Shown here piece after piece: positions 60,604-64,000 of a stretch of 64,000 nucleotides of DNA. Position 1 is the first letter of the stretch; each line of letters begins with the position of its first letter. The DNA is from Zygnema circumcarinatum SAG 698-1b. Its lineage: Eukaryota; Plantae; Zygnematophyceae. The notes beneath the pieces are model-generated. The model was given only the letters and a program-made list of their open reading frames with translations. It was not told the DNA's origin and ran no database searches. A program made the translations under genes and the position numbers. The DNA lies in contig CM074812.1 in NCBI GenBank assembly GCA_037447605.1, positions 3,316,803-3,380,802 of the forward strand, read 5' to 3'.

Positions 60604-63600
60604 CGTACAACATTCCCCCTCTTGGGGTCTAGGCTCTAAAGGGACCGAGATTCAGGAGGACGATGTTCCTCCACATGATTGGTCCGTTGACCCCCTTGGT
60701 CAACATATCTGCGGCCATATCTTTGGTCTTCACAAAAGACACCGCGATCTCGCCCGCCTCCACTAGATCTCGCGTATAGTGGTGCTGGATCTTAATATGT
60801 TTGCTTCGCCTATGAAATACGGGATTCTCGATCAACGCGATGGAGGATTTGTTGTCCGTCAGGATATGCAAGGGAATCTGTGGTCTTCCACATTCCTCGA
60901 AGAATAGTGCCAGCCAGACCGCCTCTCTGGCAGCGTGACATGCGGCCACGTATTCTGCTTCGGTACTCGACAGAGCCACCGTATCCTGTAATTTTGAACT
61001 CCACGAGATGACTCCTCCCGCGTTCAGATACGCGTATCCTGAAGTGGACTTCGCCGTATCTGGGTCTCCTCCCCAATCTGCATCCGTGTATCCGAACACG
61101 GAACTGCCGCGCCCCCTCTCGAACCGTAGTCCATAATGGGACGTCCCTTTTAGATATCGAAAGATTCTCTTGACTGCCTCCCAATGCTTAGCCCCTGGAT
61201 TCTCCATGTACCTGGAAGCCGTACTGACTGCTTTCGCCAGATCCGGGCGTGTTCCCACCATAAGGTACATTAGGCTGCCGATGGCAGACCTGTACGGAGT
61301 ACTCGCCATCTCCCGCGCCTCCGCCTCTGTCTGAGGGCTCATGTCCCGGCTGAGCTCCGCGCTACCGTCCATGGGAGTGGAGCATGGTGAACATTTGTCC
61401 ATGTTGAACTTTGCCAAGACCTCCTTGGCGTACTTCTCCTGGCAGAGGAACAAGCTTCCGTCTCTCCCCCTCTTAAGCTGGATGCCGAGGAGGTATTCCG
61501 CAGGGCCGAGATCTGACATCTGAAAATTCTGCTTTAGGAGGTCCTTGAGACCTTGAATGCTCTTCATGGAGGAACTCACGATGATGAGGTCATCTACGTA
61601 GATACCTACGAACATTTGTGCGTCTCCCTCCCCTTGCGTGTACACCGAGTGGTCGGCGTTGAAGCGCGTGAAGCCATTCTTGATAAGCAATTCGTGGATT
61701 TTCTGGTACCAAATTCTCGGCGCTTGTTTCAGCCCATACAGGCTCTTGACAAGTCTGCAGACGAGGTGCTCTGCTCCTGGTTCAACCGTTCCCTCCGGTT
61801 GCTGCATGTAGATCTCCTCCTCGAGATCTCCATAAAGAAATGCCGTTTTGATGTCCAGCTGGTGGACGTGCATCCCCTCGTCCGCCGCGATCGAAATCAA
61901 TGCGCGCAGTGAGTTGAACTTGACTACGGGTGCAAAGGTTTCAGAATAGTCGATGCCGAATTTATGTGCGAAACCTTTCGCCACTAGCCGTGCCTTGAAC
62001 CTATCTACACTCCCATCTGATTTCCGTTTGACTTTAAACACCCATTTGCAGCCGATTGCCTTGCGTCCTGGGGGCAGCTCCTCTAGCCGCCATGTCCCAT
62101 TCTCCTTAAGACTATTCAGCTCGCTATCTATGGCGACTCTCCACTTCGTTGCGTCCGCTCCATCTAATGCGTCGGAATAGGTAGGCGGCTCCTCGAAATG
62201 TGCCATAAGGCAAAGTGCCATTCCTGTGAAGTCGGCTGAGTCAAGGGGTACCTTTTCTGGGTTACCCCTCGGCCTCTTCCCCCTCTGAGTCCATGGGTTC
62301 CTTGGACCGAAGTCCCCGTATTTCACAGGCTTGTTCCTGGGCCTCCAAGGTGGTTTTGTCCCGTAGTTGGGTGTAAACCCCGCCCAGCGTTGGCATCACG
62401 AGGGGTGGATTCATCCCATGCAGCGGTACCCATTTAGGTTGTCCACTGCGCGTGGGGCTCTCAGCTTCATCGCCGGTGATGTCTTGATGCGTTGTCGGCG
62501 GTATCGAAATTTCCTCCGGGGAATGCGGTCGGGCCGCTACCTCACGAAAGGCCTCTTCTCCGTTCGCGGTGACACGGCGCCGAGTGAGTTACGGTCCGTT
62601 AGATTGAGGGCGCTGGTGGGAACGAATCCTCACCTCGAGAACATCCCTCACTGGGAGAAATTCTATGGTCGGGAGCGGCTCCACTCGAGTCCGCGCGTGC
62701 TGCGTCTCCTTGCGGTTTTCCTCAACGGTAAGGTCGCGACTGGTCAGGACCTTCTCTGTGGACGGATTCCATATGCGATAAGTCAAACTGTCGGCGTTGT
62801 AGCCAAGGAAGTAGCCGAATTCTCCTCTCGGGCTGAACTTCGTCGTCTGCTTGCTCCTTGGAATCGCTAGCCAGCATGGCGAGCCGAATACTCGTAAGTG
62901 CTGAATCGTGGGCTTTCTCCCACTCCACATCTCCTCCGGTACTTTCCTGTGATCCTTCAGGGCGCTGGAGGGACATCTGTTTCGGATATAGGCCGCCGTG
63001 AGGATGGCTTCTCCCCAAAAATTTAAAGAGAAGGGTGACTCACTTAACATCGACCGTGTCATGTCGCCGAGGGTACGGTTCACTCTCTCCGCTGCTCCGT
63101 TGCTCTGTGGGCTGTACGGGGCCGTGAACTCGTGTCGGATCCCAAGGGACTTGAGATATTCAGAGAATTGGAGGGATTTATATTCTCCCCCATTATCCGT
63201 CCGGAATCTCTGAATCTTCTCACCGGACTGCCTTTCTACCTCTGTCTGCCAAGTACGAAAGGTATCAAATGCGTCGCTCTTGTGCTCGAGTAGCACAACC
63301 CAGATCTTCCTTGAGTAGTCATCAAGGAATGTGATGAAGTACCTTGATCCTCCCTTCGTCTCGGGTGGTCGGTCCTGAGATAGCCATTTGTGAACGAGCT
63401 CCCGACACCTCCGTGTCCTTGTGAGCGCCTCCGCGCCGTGGGTGCGTGAAAAGAGGTGGCGATGGGTCTTGCCTACAGCGACGGTCTCGGATTTTTTCGA
63501 GGCGTCATTGAGGGAAAACCTCGGGCCGAGCTCACGAGGTAAAGGGTCTCCAGTTCCATTTATGCGATAGGTGCCCAAGTCGGCCCGATTGCCCGCGGTC

Positions 63601-63748
63601 GGGCTGGTCAGGCGGCGTCATGCGGACTTGAGTCCCCATTCAATCGCGGCGTGTTACTCGGTAAAATTCGTAGCGCCCGCCCGTGACGCGAACATTGATC
63701 GACTTGTCATGTCACGGCGTAAAGGATTTCAGGCGCCGACCAAAATTA
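60604..63748 (-). mobile_element. pol: Ty1/Copia family-F element (PR-IN-RT-RH, PPT), lacking gag and 5' LTR because the telomere starts in its protease region
   Basis: 565-aa RT/RH ORF 60629-62326 (YVDD, GYTDADWGG, RRSKHI); IN 62589-63578 (RTDNGGEY, PQSNGAAER); PPT complement ttccccctc at 60613. Confidence 0.93.
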
Positions 63749-64000
63749 AGGTTTTAGGGTTTTAGGGTTTTAGGGTTTTAGGGTTTTAGGGTTTTAGGGT
63801 TTTAGGGTTTTAGGGTTTTAGGGTTTTTAGGGTTTTAGGGTTTTAGGGTTTTAGGGTTTTAGGTTTTAGGGTTTTAGGGTTTTAGGGTTTTAGGGTTTTA
63901 GGGTTTTAGGGTTTTAGGGTTTTGGTTTTAGGGTTTTAGGGTGTTTTTAGAGTTTAGGGTTTTAGGGTTTTAGGGTTTTAGGGTTTTAGGGTTTTAGGGT
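63749..64000 (+). repeat. Telomere (TTTTAGGG)n
   Basis: About 30 units running to the window end, G-rich strand 5'->3' outward, occasional T5 variant. Confidence 0.97.

Noticed and set aside
59617-60612. One LTR shared by two tandem heterologous Copia elements
   Set aside because: An extra 9 bp (tgttgtacg) before a canonical family-A LTR start favours nested insertion into the family-F LTR

Overview
The terminal 64 kb of a eukaryotic chromosome. It ends in a (TTTTAGGG)n telomere at about 63749-64000, on the G-rich + strand. The iMet-tRNA primer sites, GT-AG introns, a plastid-transit-peptide gene and the telomere type point to a green-plant lineage, most likely an alga (inference; the species cannot be fixed from the sequence). 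Only about three host protein genes are supportable: a low-complexity terminal exon (1941-3552), a multi-exon putative plastid protein (5529-7817) and a two-exon secreted homologue of bacterial phosphate-binding PstS (48880-50014). The rest is a nested transposon field. It holds several Ty1/Copia families (two bounded by both LTR ends plus a TSD), one Ty3/Gypsy element, two CRE-clade non-LTR retrotransposons with a restriction-like endonuclease (RLE), two non-autonomous hAT elements with 8-bp TSDs, a long-TIR foldback element, satellites, microsatellites and interstitial telomeric arrays. Highlights: (1) a structured, T-run-terminated non-coding locus at about 4275-4511 carrying a perfect complement of the telomere repeat, a candidate telomerase RNA; (2) its hairpin with loop GUACAUUUG and the next hairpin recur near-identically in the 3' UTR of the CRE retrotransposons; (3) an intron-containing, signal-peptide PstS homologue with an altered binding pocket; (4) the telomere is attached directly to a Copia protease motif; (5) gag starts inside the LTR and reads through the PBS in four diverged LTR families. 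Many 10-N gaps, frameshifts and gap-adjacent duplications suggest assembly error, so ORF breaks should not be over-read.
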